The notes below the pieces were generated by a model. That model ran no database searches. It was given only the letters and a program-made list of their open reading frames with translations, and was not told the origin of the DNA. 64,000 nucleotides of DNA from an uncultured Planctomycetota bacterium (GTDB lineage: Bacteria > Planctomycetota > Planctomycetia > Gemmatales > Gemmataceae): the NCBI GenBank assembly GCA_963849325.1, contig CAWKHF010000011.1, positions 32,001-96,000 on the forward strand, given 5' to 3'. Shown here in pieces: positions 43,226 through 53,080 of the stretch. Position numbers and translations under genes: made by a program. Numbering within the stretch: position 1 is the stretch's first letter; each line of letters opens with the position of its first letter.

Positions 43226-43439
43226 GGGAACCTCCGTATGCCATCAGGGGGTGGCCTCATCCGGGCAGGCTCGACCCGATGAATTCCACAGTGTCCCTCG
43301 TCTTGATTGACGGGTGCTGCGATACCCGTCGCTGAAACTCCAGAATGGTGATTCATTCCGTTAGTCGTTATTATTTCAATTGTCTAACCGGAGAAATATT
43401 TGCTATTTATTGTCGATGAAACTTTCCACTTCGCATTTT

Positions 43440-44831
43440 TCACTTCTCGATGTGGATGGATGCCGTGGAAGGCGGCGGGTCGAGAACCTGTGTCTGACGT
43501 GCAACTCGCAGTCCAAGCCAGGCATCGAGAATATAGATCGGCAGCGGGGCAGCGGCAGTCACAAGTCCGAACACTAATATGTCATGAAATCGGCGCAGGT
43601 CGAGATAGAGTGCCGCAACCACCTGCAAGCCGAGAATGGCCGGGATGACCCCGAAGGACTGCACGCGAATCCACGCTCTGGTTAAATTCAAGTGCTGCAT
43701 GGACACGCCTACTTGAGCCACACATCCTCCAGCTACCACCCAGGTACATTCTTCTCTCAAGCCCTGGTATTTACCGCCAAGAAGCCACAACAAAGGTTCG
43801 GGATAAATCCAGGCAACCAACAGAAGTGGTGTAAGCGCGAGTGAGGTACACACCATCAAAATAACATAAAGGCGAGACAATCGTCGAGGATCTTGACACC
43901 GGGCAAATCGCGGTCCAATAACATTCAAGAACATTATACTGAAGATTCCGAATAATGTGGCAAGACGTCCCGGCGCTGTCACGTCCGCAATGCCGGTCGG
44001 CGACCCCAACACTGCAAGAATAAATAGGGTGAGTTGGCCTTGCATGCAATAGAATAATGTGTTGGGAAGAGATTTCACGGAGAGACGCAATAATTCACTG
44101 CGGTCATTATAATTGGGCGGTGCGGTATCGTCGGCCTTCTCGCGCGCCCATCGACGGTAGACCACGTTTTGCAGGAAGTTGCCGACGACGCCGACGAACA
44201 CCGCGAGAACGGCGTTTATCCAGGTTACAGCAAGAATGGCAACGAGGCCGAGCCGCAGCAGCGCCGTTCCGAGGTCGAGCTTCTGATTGCGGCGGTATTC
44301 ACCATGGAGTAAAGGACTTATGGCCCAAACCGATGAACCCAATATCAGAAACCCTCCCGTGGCGATGGCAAGGCAAAGAAAGATCGTTTGCCCTGGTGAA
44401 GCTCCATTGTGCCACAGCATCCAGGCGGCGATCGGGAGCCAAATACTAAACGAAATGGAGGCGAACAACTTCCGTAAACCGATCGCCGTATTGAGCAACT
44501 GGCCAAAACGATAAGGGTCTCCCCAAACACGGCCCCCAATCGACCGAACACCTATTCCAATACCCAAGTCAGCCATCACGGTGCAATTGGTTAACATGGA
44601 GTTTGCTATTGCGAATAGCGCGTATTGAGGCTTGTCAAGATATCGTACCATTATTAATCCCGTAAACGCTAAAAGAAACTGGACAACCCCTTGAACGGCC
44701 CCAAAATTCAGTAGCCGTAAGGCCCATCGGGAGAGCCAGAGAATGTGATTGCCCCACTCCTGGTTCTTTGAGATAATTGGATTATGTGGAGTTGAATTAT
44801 TTGTTACCAACATGCATTCGTTTTTTTTCAA
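43440..44831 (-). CDS. wzx: Polysaccharide flippase (Wzx-like; AT-rich gene)
   Basis: About 12 TM segments, MVRYLDKPQYALF, ADLGIG, PRFAR, LLWLLGGKY; location in the locus. Start uncertain. Confidence 0.75.
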   Translation of the reverse strand: MKKNECMLVTNNSTPHNPIISKNQEWGNHILWLSRWALRLLNFGAVQGVVQFLLAFTGLIMVRYLDKPQYALFAIANSMLTNCTVMADLGIGIGVRSIGGRVWGDPYRFGQLLNTAIGLRKLFASISFSIWLPIAAWMLWHNGASPGQTIFLCLAIATGGFLILGSSVWAISPLLHGEYRRNQKLDLGTALLRLGLVAILAVTWINAVLAVFVGVVGNFLQNVVYRRWAREKADDTAPPNYNDRSELLRLSVKSLPNTLFYCMQGQLTLFILAVLGSPTGIADVTAPGRLATLFGIFSIMFLNVIGPRFARCQDPRRLSRLYVILMVCTSLALTPLLLVAWIYPEPLLWLLGGKYQGLREECTWVVAGGCVAQVGVSMQHLNLTRAWIRVQSFGVIPAILGLQVVAALYLDLRRFHDILVFGLVTAAAPLPIYILDAWLGLRVARQTQVLDPPPSTASIHIEK

Positions 44832-44912
44832 TGAGCTGCACCCTACCGATCGCGCCGGTAGTAACGATTCGCCGGCCGGGTTCGAGAACGATGGACACGC
44901 GAACCGTGAGAT

Positions 44913-46199
44913 TCAGACCCGTGCCTCCAGGACCATTTCGATCGGGGTCGATGGCTGAACCGCCGTGGCGCCCTGAGGTAATAGCTGCATCAGTTCGCGG
45001 TGCCAGCCGTCCATGACGCGGCTTCGGGAGAAGTGCTCCTGGTAAACGCGCTGACAGTGGCGTTGCATTTCCGCGAGGGTCTCGGGGGTCGAGGCCACGG
45101 AGCGCAGCTGCGCGACGACCTCGCCTTGAGTTTGGGAGTCCAGAACCCAGCCGACCCCATATTCCTCGATCCAGCGGGCGATGGCGGCGTCGCGCGGGCC
45201 GGCGAAGAGCACCGGCCGACCCGCCGCCAGCGCCCGAAAAACTTGGAGGGCACGACCATCCCCGACCACTCCGGACGCAGGCTCACCAGGTGAATGTCCG
45301 CCGCGGCCAGCCGTTTGCCGAGCATGGACTCGGGCGCGAAGCCCGCCAGACTAATGTTCGTGTCGTCGGCCCGCAGGGCCGCACGCAACTCCTCGGCCCG
45401 ATTGCCGCGGACACCGAAGCAGAAGTGGACTCCGTCGCCGCGCAGCCGCCGGGCCAGTTCCAGAAAATCGTTGAAAGAATGGGCCCGCCCGAAGTTGCCC
45501 GAGTACAGCAGTCCCAGAGGCCGATCGCCGAACAACTCGCGGCGAATCGCCGGGTCGGGCCGATCCAAATGGTCCGGCTCGACCAAGGCCCAAGGAACCA
45601 GCGTCACTTTGCGGGCGGCATGGTGGTACGATTCCAGCCGGCGACGCATACAGACTGCCCAGATCGGCGATCAAATCGCAGGAACCGTAAGCGGCCCGTA
45701 GCAGAGGGCGAAGAGCACGGGCCAACCAGCCGCCGGAGGTCATCAGCCCCTCGGCGATGGCGATCTCCGGGTACAGGTCGAAGCACCAGTGAGCCAGGCG
45801 GATGCGCGGACGAAGCTTCCGCAGTACCAGGGCGACCAGCACACTCAGCACCGGGTCGGTGCCGATGAGCACGACGTCGGGAGCCTTGCGGCGGCTGCGC
45901 AGGGCCAGGCGGCACCAGGACGTCAGCATCCACAGGGCGTTCAGCACCCGCCCCACCCCGGAAGCCTGACGAAGCCGCGGCCTCCAGACCCTGCGAATGG
46001 TCAACCCTTTCCAGTCTTCGCGCAGGGGGTAGGAGACGGAATCGTCGCGGCAGCCCCGATTGCAGGGCAGGGCCTCCACCTGCCAGCCCCGCTCCTGTAA
46101 GGCCTCGCAGAACTGCGTCAGGTGCCGGGCGGAAACAACGTCGTCGGGGTGAAAGTAGTGATAGAGAACCGCAATCTTCGGCCGACCGTTTGGTCCCAT
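44913..46199 (-). CDS. Glycosyltransferase family 4 (WcaI/WbuB-like); frameshifts near 45650 and 45240
   Basis: YHYFHPDDV, HWCFDLYPE, LLYSGNFGRAH, DIHLVSL...VVPSKFF, ALAAGRPVLF. Confidence 0.88.
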
Positions 46200-46236
46200 T
46201 GGTCCCTCGCTCGCGCCCTTGCAACGATGTTCCCGA

Positions 46237-47233
46237 TCAACCCACAAGGCACGATTTCCGCGCGGCCACCTGGTCGTAAATCCAGGCGTAGGTCTGCTCC
46301 AGCCCGTCGCGCGAGGCGCGTCGCCGGCGCCCAAGTCAGCAACGCCTTAATCCGCGTGTTGTCGCTGTTGCGGCCGTTGACCCCTTTGGGGGCACTGAGG
46401 TTGTAACGGCGCTTCAGCTTGAATGCCGGCGATGTCCTCGACCAGATCGACCAGCTGGTTGATGGTCACCAGTTCGTCGCTGCCGAGGTTGATCGGTTCG
46501 GCGATGTCGCTGTGCGGGATCGTCCTGCGTGCCCTTGATGCAGTCTTCGATGTACATGAAGCTACGGGTCTGCTGTCCGTCGCCCCAGATCTCGATGTCG
46601 CGGCGGCCGGATAACTTCGCCTCGGCCACTTTCCGGCAAATCGCGGCCGGCGCCTTCTCGCGGCCGCCCTCCCAGGTGCCGTGCGGGCCGTAGACGTTGT
46701 GGTAGCGCGCGATGCGGGTGATCACACCAAAATCCTCGCGGAAGTGGCGGCACATGCGCTCGCTGAACAGCTTTTCCCAGCCGTAGCCGTCCTCGGGCAT
46801 GGCGGGGTAGGCGTCCTCTTCCCTCAGGGGGACCACCTGGGGAGACGTTTGTTTGTCCGCGGCGTACACGCAGGCCGACGAGGCGTAGAAGAAGCGGCGC
46901 ACCTCCTGTCGTCGGGCGGCCATCAGCAGGTGCGTGTTGATGAGGACCGAGAGCATACATCGGGCCTTGTTGTTTTCGATGAACCCCATGCCGCCCATGT
47001 CGGCCGCAAGGTTGTAAACCTCCTCGGCTCCTTGCAAGGCCGCCTCGCAGTCGTCCGCTTCCTGAAGATCCAACTGCCGGTTGTCTACTTCGGGGAAGAG
47101 TTGCCACCACTCTTCCAGGGGCTTGCAGTCCACGGCGCGGATAGGCCGAGGATCTCGGCAAGAGAGCGGCAACCAGGTGACCGCCGATGAACCCGCCCGC
47201 ACCTGTCACGACAACCACGTTGTTCTTCTTCAC
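46237..47233 (-). CDS. NAD-dependent epimerase, GDP-mannose 3,5-epimerase-like; frameshifted
   Basis: VTGAGGFIG, NLAADMGGMGFI, FYASSACVY, PEDGYGWEK, RYHNVYGPHGTWEGGREKAPAAICRK, IWGDGQQTRSFMYI. Confidence 0.88.
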
Positions 47234-47290
47234 GAGTTTTTCTCCCGCGAACTGGGCCAATCGAATCGACGCAAGTAGGTAATCCGTTTA

Positions 47291-47379
47291 GAGGCACTAA
47301 CCGAATGTGGCGGCACGTTTGTAACGTGCCGTACAATCCAACACGTTGAAAACGTGTTGCCACATTTTGTTAGAGCCTC
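47291..47379 (-). mobile_element. 89-bp MITE-like element, copy 2 (inverted); TTA target duplication
   Basis: GAGGCACTAAC...GTTAGAGCCTC (10/11 TIR match); TTA at 47288-47290 and 47380-47382. Confidence 0.82.
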
Positions 47380-47405
47380 TTACGCACGGGCCAGACCGCA
47401 ACGGG

Positions 47406-48950
47406 TTACGCCTGGACGCGGACACCCTCGTTGCCCTTCACCGGACAGGTGATGGCGGGCAACGCGGCGCGGTCTTGCCGTGCTTCGGCGTTGCTGGCCC
47501 CCTCCTCTTTGGGGACAAAGGCTTCGCTGGCCTTGGTGAAATCATCGATGATCGCCGCCAGGGCGGCCACCTTGCCCCACAGCGGCTCGGAGTCGGGATA
47601 GCCGGAAACCAGGAGATGACCAATGATCCGACCTCCCATCTCCAGGGGGATTTCGACCCGCCAGAGGACGTCTTCGACCTCTTCCTCGAAGCGGTCCCAC
47701 TGGGCATGATACTCCTCGTGCAGCTGCGGAACACTGACGTCCAGCTGAGCCGTCTGCAGATTCAAGTCGAAGGCGCGGACGGCCACCGCGTCCAGCAGCG
47801 ACTTCCAGTTTCGCGTACCGTGCAGATGCACGTCCGAGCGCTGGAACTGCCCCTCGCCCCGGCGTTGGAGAAGGGTCAGGAGGAGGCGTCTCAGTCGTGT
47901 CTTGACCAGGAGGAACTCCGCGTGCCCGAAGAGCCGGGTGGCGATCAGGATGGCCGCCACCATCAGGGCGGTGCCCACGGCGATGAATTCGTTCCGCAGC
48001 TGGAGGCTGACGAAGACCCCGGCCACGAGAAGCAAGCACAACGCGGAGGTGACCAGCAACACGAGATGGGGATGGGACAGGCGGCGGAGCAGGCAATGAT
48101 GCAGATGGCCTCGGTCGGTGGTGTAGATGCTTCGTCCGGTCAACTTGCGGCGCAGGATGGCTGCGGTCGTGTCGAAGATCGGTAGGGCCAGCAGGACTAG
48201 CGGTGTTACCAACGCGATTGTGGTGGGGGTCTTGAGTGAACTGTGAATGGCCAGGACGCCCACCATCAAGCCGATGAGCATACTCCCCGAGTCTCCCAGG
48301 AAGATGCTCGCGGGCGGGAAGTTGAAGCACAGGAAGGCGAGGACGGCGCCGGCCATGGCGAAGGCCATACAGGCGGTGACGTCTCGACCGGCCACCCACG
48401 CCATCACGCCCAGGGCCAGGAAGACGATGAAGGCGATGCTGCTTAAGAGGCCGTCCATGCCGTCGATGAGGTTGAGCGAGTTGATGGCTCCCAGGAGGAT
48501 AAAGGCGGTGAAGGGCACCGACACCACCCCCAGCTCGAACTCCCCACCCAGCAGATGGACGGTGCGGACCTGGACGCCGGAGGTGATAACGATGGTAACG
48601 GCGGCGATTTGGCCCATGAGCTTGTGCCGCCCCCGCAGCTGGCCGAAGTCGTCGGCCACTCCCACGGCACAGATCATCAGGCAGGCCATCAGAAGGCCCA
48701 CCGGGCGCGGCAACTGGGTCCACACTTGTTCCTGCCAGGGTCCGTCCTGCTGTAACGCCACCAGGAAGGCAATGCCGGCGGCGAGGAGGATGGCGGGTCC
48801 GCCGGCGACGGGGATGGAGCGGCTGTGCAGCTTGCGCCGTCCGTCCGGCTGATCGACCAGCCGCAAGGGGTGGGCGAGGGCGCGAACCGCAGGCGTCAGC
48901 AGCAGGCAGAGAAGGAAGCTGAGAGCAGCAGCGATCAACATCTCAACCAT
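47406..48950 (-). CDS. wecA: WecA/MraY-family polyprenyl-phosphate sugar-1-phosphate transferase with a C-terminal soluble extension
   Basis: VDQPDGRRKLH, GVADD, NSLNLIDGMDGL, FNFPPASIFLGDSGS, DRGHLHH. Confidence 0.9.
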   Translation of the reverse strand: MVEMLIAAALSFLLCLLLTPAVRALAHPLRLVDQPDGRRKLHSRSIPVAGGPAILLAAGIAFLVALQQDGPWQEQVWTQLPRPVGLLMACLMICAVGVADDFGQLRGRHKLMGQIAAVTIVITSGVQVRTVHLLGGEFELGVVSVPFTAFILLGAINSLNLIDGMDGLLSSIAFIVFLALGVMAWVAGRDVTACMAFAMAGAVLAFLCFNFPPASIFLGDSGSMLIGLMVGVLAIHSSLKTPTTIALVTPLVLLALPIFDTTAAILRRKLTGRSIYTTDRGHLHHCLLRRLSHPHLVLLVTSALCLLLVAGVFVSLQLRNEFIAVGTALMVAAILIATRLFGHAEFLLVKTRLRRLLLTLLQRRGEGQFQRSDVHLHGTRNWKSLLDAVAVRAFDLNLQTAQLDVSVPQLHEEYHAQWDRFEEEVEDVLWRVEIPLEMGGRIIGHLLVSGYPDSEPLWGKVAALAAIIDDFTKASEAFVPKEEGASNAEARQDRAALPAITCPVKGNEGVRVQA

Positions 48951-49247
48951 CCTCGTCCGGAGAGGGGGAAAGTTGAAGGCGGCGGCATGGCGACAACGCC
49001 AGCGACATCGTGTTGGCCGACTTCTCCGGTCAAGCGGCGAGCTCGGCGCACACTCCGTGCCCGTGGGTTGCGAAAACAACCCTTGCCCGCGAAGGACAAA
49101 ACGACCACCCGACTCCACGCGAACGCGGAGACAATGGTCGCCGTTCTCCCAATCGGAGAACATCTTAATGGTTAGTAGGGGCCGTCCAACAAAAAGTTCC
49201 GAGTTTCACCGTGTCGCGGCGAAACGTAGTTATTGTCGGACAAACCT

Positions 49248-49836
49248 TTACACGCCGGCAGCGTGCATGGGCCGGTCGCCCAAAGGCTGTAGCATCCAGC
49301 CCTCGACCTCGATGGAGGCGCCTCGCTGGATGAAGTTCACCTCAATCACAAAACGCATGTGTCTGTCACGGCGGATATTTTTTCCCTGGAGTCCAGCGAG
49401 AGGTCCAGCGGTCATCACCGCCGACATGCCCGGCTGGAGGCGTTCTCCAGGAGCCACCGGGGGCGCCGCACTCCATCAGACGGTGAATCCTCGCAAGGTC
49501 CATCCGCAGCTGATTCCCGTCGGGAACGGGGCGCATGCGGACCACTTGCTTGGTCTGGAGGGCTGCCAGGCGGGCGGCTTCATGGCCCCCAGAAAGACGC
49601 ATCCAGGGAACAGAGGTCCGTGCGCGGCCAGCGGCCGTCCACGGTTCTGCCATTGTTTTTTGTACAAGGGTAAGGAAGAAGTCGTGACGTAAGTCCAGCA
49701 GCTTGCGGGCGAGGGCCTTTTCCGCTCGGGGACGGGAGTGAAGAACCCACCAAGTGCCGGCCTCCTCGGAACCCCGATCCGGGGTAGCCAGGAGATCGGC
49801 AGGGTACACGAACGGTTCCAATGGCAAAAGGGGCAT
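49248..49836 (-). CDS. NusG-paralog transcription antiterminator (UpxY/RfaH-like); several frameshifts
   Basis: WWVLHSRPRAEKALAR, PLFPGCVF (NGN domain), PGMSAVMTAGPLAGLQG (KOW), FVIEVNFIQRGASIEV; first gene of the polysaccharide operon. Confidence 0.82.
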
Positions 49837-50468
49837 AGGATGGAAGCCTTGGATCCATAGACCCCGGGTCCATCCTGGTGACGGGATCGCCTTCTTCTCC
49901 CCCTGCGTCCGGGCGGGGAACGCCATCGACAATCGCGAACCTCTCGCGGTCAGTCACGACAGGGCATCTCGGCTCCGATCGACCATCTAGAAGGCGCAAT
50001 CGGCGCACATCATCCGCGACAGAAGGAAGTCCCTCCTGCCTTCCATTTCGTTGGAATACCCTTGCCCGTCAATGACCTTGGTTGGGCAAATGGAACGGTT
50101 GCAAAGGACAGGCATAACGTAGCAAGGGAAGGGAGAGGATGTCAAGGATAAAATCGCCTGGAGGGGTTTTCGGTTTTCGGGGTTTTCGGAACCTTACGTC
50201 GAATGCACGGAATTGACAGAGAGTACGGATCGGTGTACCATGCAGCTTCTGAGTTTCCGAAAAGGCGACCGTGGCGGATCCGGATCGGTTCCGTATCGTT
50301 GCTCCCGATGATTCCGTCGTGTTCGCGGATACGCTGCGCCTAGCGTCAGCAGGATCGACACAGGATTTGGAGCGTCCGCGAACGGCGCCTTGGCGATGCG
50401 CGGGATAAGTTATCTCAAGCCGGATATGCACGTCCGTACAGAACAAGCCTTCGGGAGCGTGGGGAAAC

Positions 50469-51644
50469 GTGTTATCTAACCCGGTCATCCAGGTCTTACG
50501 GGACCACCGCTTTTGGCGCGGGCCGGCCCCCCAGGTGATCCTGCTACTGGCGGTGGCGAACGTCGCGGTGCTACATTGGAAAAACAGCATGGCGGAGGAG
50601 AGACGTGCGAACCTCACCACGGGGGACGTAAAAGCGTTCGACCGGACAAATCGCTACGATTATACGTTCGGCGATGATCTCCTCGCCAGTTGGAACACCA
50701 TTCCCGACGCTACCAAGTGCCCGCTGGTGGTTGTGTGCGGCATGTCGCAAATGTTTACAATCAACGAACCCAAACCGGGCGACCAGCGAATATCGGAGGA
50801 ACTGGATGATCGGCTGTCACCCCGGGGGGTACGGGTTTATGGCCTTGCTGCTCCCAATCTGTGTAACGAGGAAGCCCTGTTTCTGCTCCTCGCCTTGCTC
50901 GAACAACCACGGACTACGCCGAGGAGCTTTATCTTTGGAGCGTGTTTCGACAAGTTTCGCAACATTGATCTCCGGCCCGGCTACGGGAGGTTCCTCCAAG
51001 CCAAGCCTGGTTTAGCCGAGTTGTGGAAACGAACAGCGGAAGTACACCGCGAGAAATATCCTCTAGCCGCCGATAAAATGCTCAGAACACTCCACGATCT
51101 TCACGGCGGAGAGGAGGATCGCGACCGGTCAACAAACGGTGTCTGCGAAAACGAGTTACGCAACTTCGTCAGCGCCGGTCTTCCCGTCGTCGCGGAGCGC
51201 AAACAGATGAATGGCTTTCTTCAAAATCGGTTGTTCCTGCTCCGCAACAGTTTACTGGGCATCAAGCCCACGTCCAAGCGGCCGATTATCCAAAGCCGCT
51301 ACGATATGAACCGGGAATTTCTCGAGCTGATGATTGATGTAAGTGAACGAGCCGGCGTGCGTTTCATTACCTACGTCTGTCCACTGAACCCGCTCGCGGA
51401 AAATCCGTACGTCGCGCACGAATACGCAGAATTTAAGACCTGGCTCGAAGGCTTGGCAGCCGAGCGCCGCGTTCCGTTTACGAACCTGGAAGGTCTTGTG
51501 CCGCATGAGGAGTGGGGAACATTCTTGGGCGGTCCTGACTTCAAGCATTTCAAAGGTGCGGGCCACCGGTTGGTCGCGGCGAAACTGGAGGAAGAATTCG
51601 GCCCGCTATTGACGGAATCGGCGGAGTCGGAGGTAGGGCCGTGA
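50469..51644 (+). CDS. Membrane-anchored SGNH-like protein (DltD/AlgJ-like acyltransferase)
   Basis: N-terminal TM, VVCGMSQ (block I Ser), C-terminal DFKHF (DxxH); stop overlaps the MBOAT start. Confidence 0.6.
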   Translation: MLSNPVIQVLRDHRFWRGPAPQVILLLAVANVAVLHWKNSMAEERRANLTTGDVKAFDRTNRYDYTFGDDLLASWNTIPDATKCPLVVVCGMSQMFTINEPKPGDQRISEELDDRLSPRGVRVYGLAAPNLCNEEALFLLLALLEQPRTTPRSFIFGACFDKFRNIDLRPGYGRFLQAKPGLAELWKRTAEVHREKYPLAADKMLRTLHDLHGGEEDRDRSTNGVCENELRNFVSAGLPVVAERKQMNGFLQNRLFLLRNSLLGIKPTSKRPIIQSRYDMNREFLELMIDVSERAGVRFITYVCPLNPLAENPYVAHEYAEFKTWLEGLAAERRVPFTNLEGLVPHEEWGTFLGGPDFKHFKGAGHRLVAAKLEEEFGPLLTESAESEVGP

Positions 51645-53072
51645 TCTTTACCAGCTACACGTACATCGCTTTCCTGCTCGCCGTCTTCTTATTGCACTGG
51701 TCCGTTCCCGTATCCTGGCGCAAGCCGCTGTTGATCGTCGCTAGTTATATCTTCTATTGCTCCTGGCGCTGGGAGTTCGGCTTTTTACTTTTAGGTGTCA
51801 GTTTCTTCAACTGGTCCTATGGTCGGTGGGTACTGCCGCGTTGGCCGTCTCTGTCGATGCTCTTGCTCGGTGTGGCTGCAAACCTTACGCCGCTTGTCTA
51901 TTACAAGTATAGCAGTTTCCTGATCCAGAATGCCGCCATCATGACGCACTGGTTCGGCTCGGATTGGGTTCCGCCGGCCATGAGCATCTTGCTGCCGCTT
52001 GGCATTTCCTTTTTCTCCTTTCAAGGCATCGCTTACCTCGTGGACGTGGCCACGGGCGAGGAACCGCTGCAACGCCTGTCGGATTTCTTGCTGTTCAAGT
52101 CGTTTTGGTCGCAGCTGATCGCCGGACCAATCATCCGTCTTCATGAGATGCGTCAGCAGCTCGAAACGCCGCGTGAACTCGATTACGAGGACTTGGCCAT
52201 CGGCTGCGAGCGAATCCTGTTTGGGTTTTTCAAAAAAATCGTGCTTGCGGACAACCTCGCTCCCATCGTGGACCTGGTGTTTTTATCCAAAGGGAATGCC
52301 AATGCTCTGGATACCGTAGTCGGCATTCTCGGGTTCGGCATGCAGATCTATTTCGACTTTAGCGCGTACTCCGACATCGCGATTGGCTCCGCACGCCTAT
52401 TCGGCTACCGGTTTCCCGAAAACTTCAACTGGCCTTACGCCGCCCACAGCCCGCGCGAATTCTGGAATCGCTGGCACATGACGCTGTCGAGCTGGATTCG
52501 CGATTATGTCTTCACGCCTTTAACGTTTCTTTCTCGTAACCGGCCGGCGCTGGGGATGATGTGGCTGATCGTGGCGATGGCCCTGTGCGGCTTGTGGCAC
52601 GGCGCCCAGTGGACGTTCGTGGTCTGGGGCATCTGGCACGGCGTCCTCCTGGTTGCCAACCAAATCGTTCTCCGAGGCGTTTCTCCCCGACCGGCGGGAG
52701 ATCGCGGCAATCGGTTCCCACGGGCACCTGCTGGCTGGACCGTTGACCTTCGTACTTGCCAATGTGGGCTGGGTGTTCTTCCGCGCCGGGTCGCTGCAAC
52801 AAAGCTGGTCCATGTTGACCAGCCTCTTCACGCTGCGCGGCGGCATCCGGCCGGCACTTGTCCGGGAAAACAGTGTCCTGTTTGTGGGAGCGGTCTTCGT
52901 CGCCATGATGGTCGCGCAATCCATGCACCCGGCCTGGACCCGCTGGACGCAGCGAGTGGACGTCGGACTCCGCGTGGGGGCGACGCTCCGCGCGGTTGTT
53001 TACGCGTTCGTCATTTTGAGCGTCATTGTTTTGGATCAAGAGGCCAAGACCTTCGTTTACTTCCAGTTCTGA
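51641..53072 (+). CDS. MBOAT family membrane-bound O-acyltransferase (AlgI/DltB-like); frameshift near 52680
   Basis: PLGISFFSFQ, QIYFDFSAYSDIAIG, PENFNWPY, FWNRWHMTLSSW, GLWHGA; C-terminal TFVYFQF in ORF 52653..53072. Confidence 0.92.
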
Positions 53073-53080
53073 GCGTGCTC

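Noticed and set aside
49840-50468. Riboswitch, ncRNA or canonical ops/JUMPstart element in the divergent intergenic region
   Set aside because: I could not recognise any consensus by eye, only short GGTTTTC repeats near 50165-50190. A covariance-model search would be needed.
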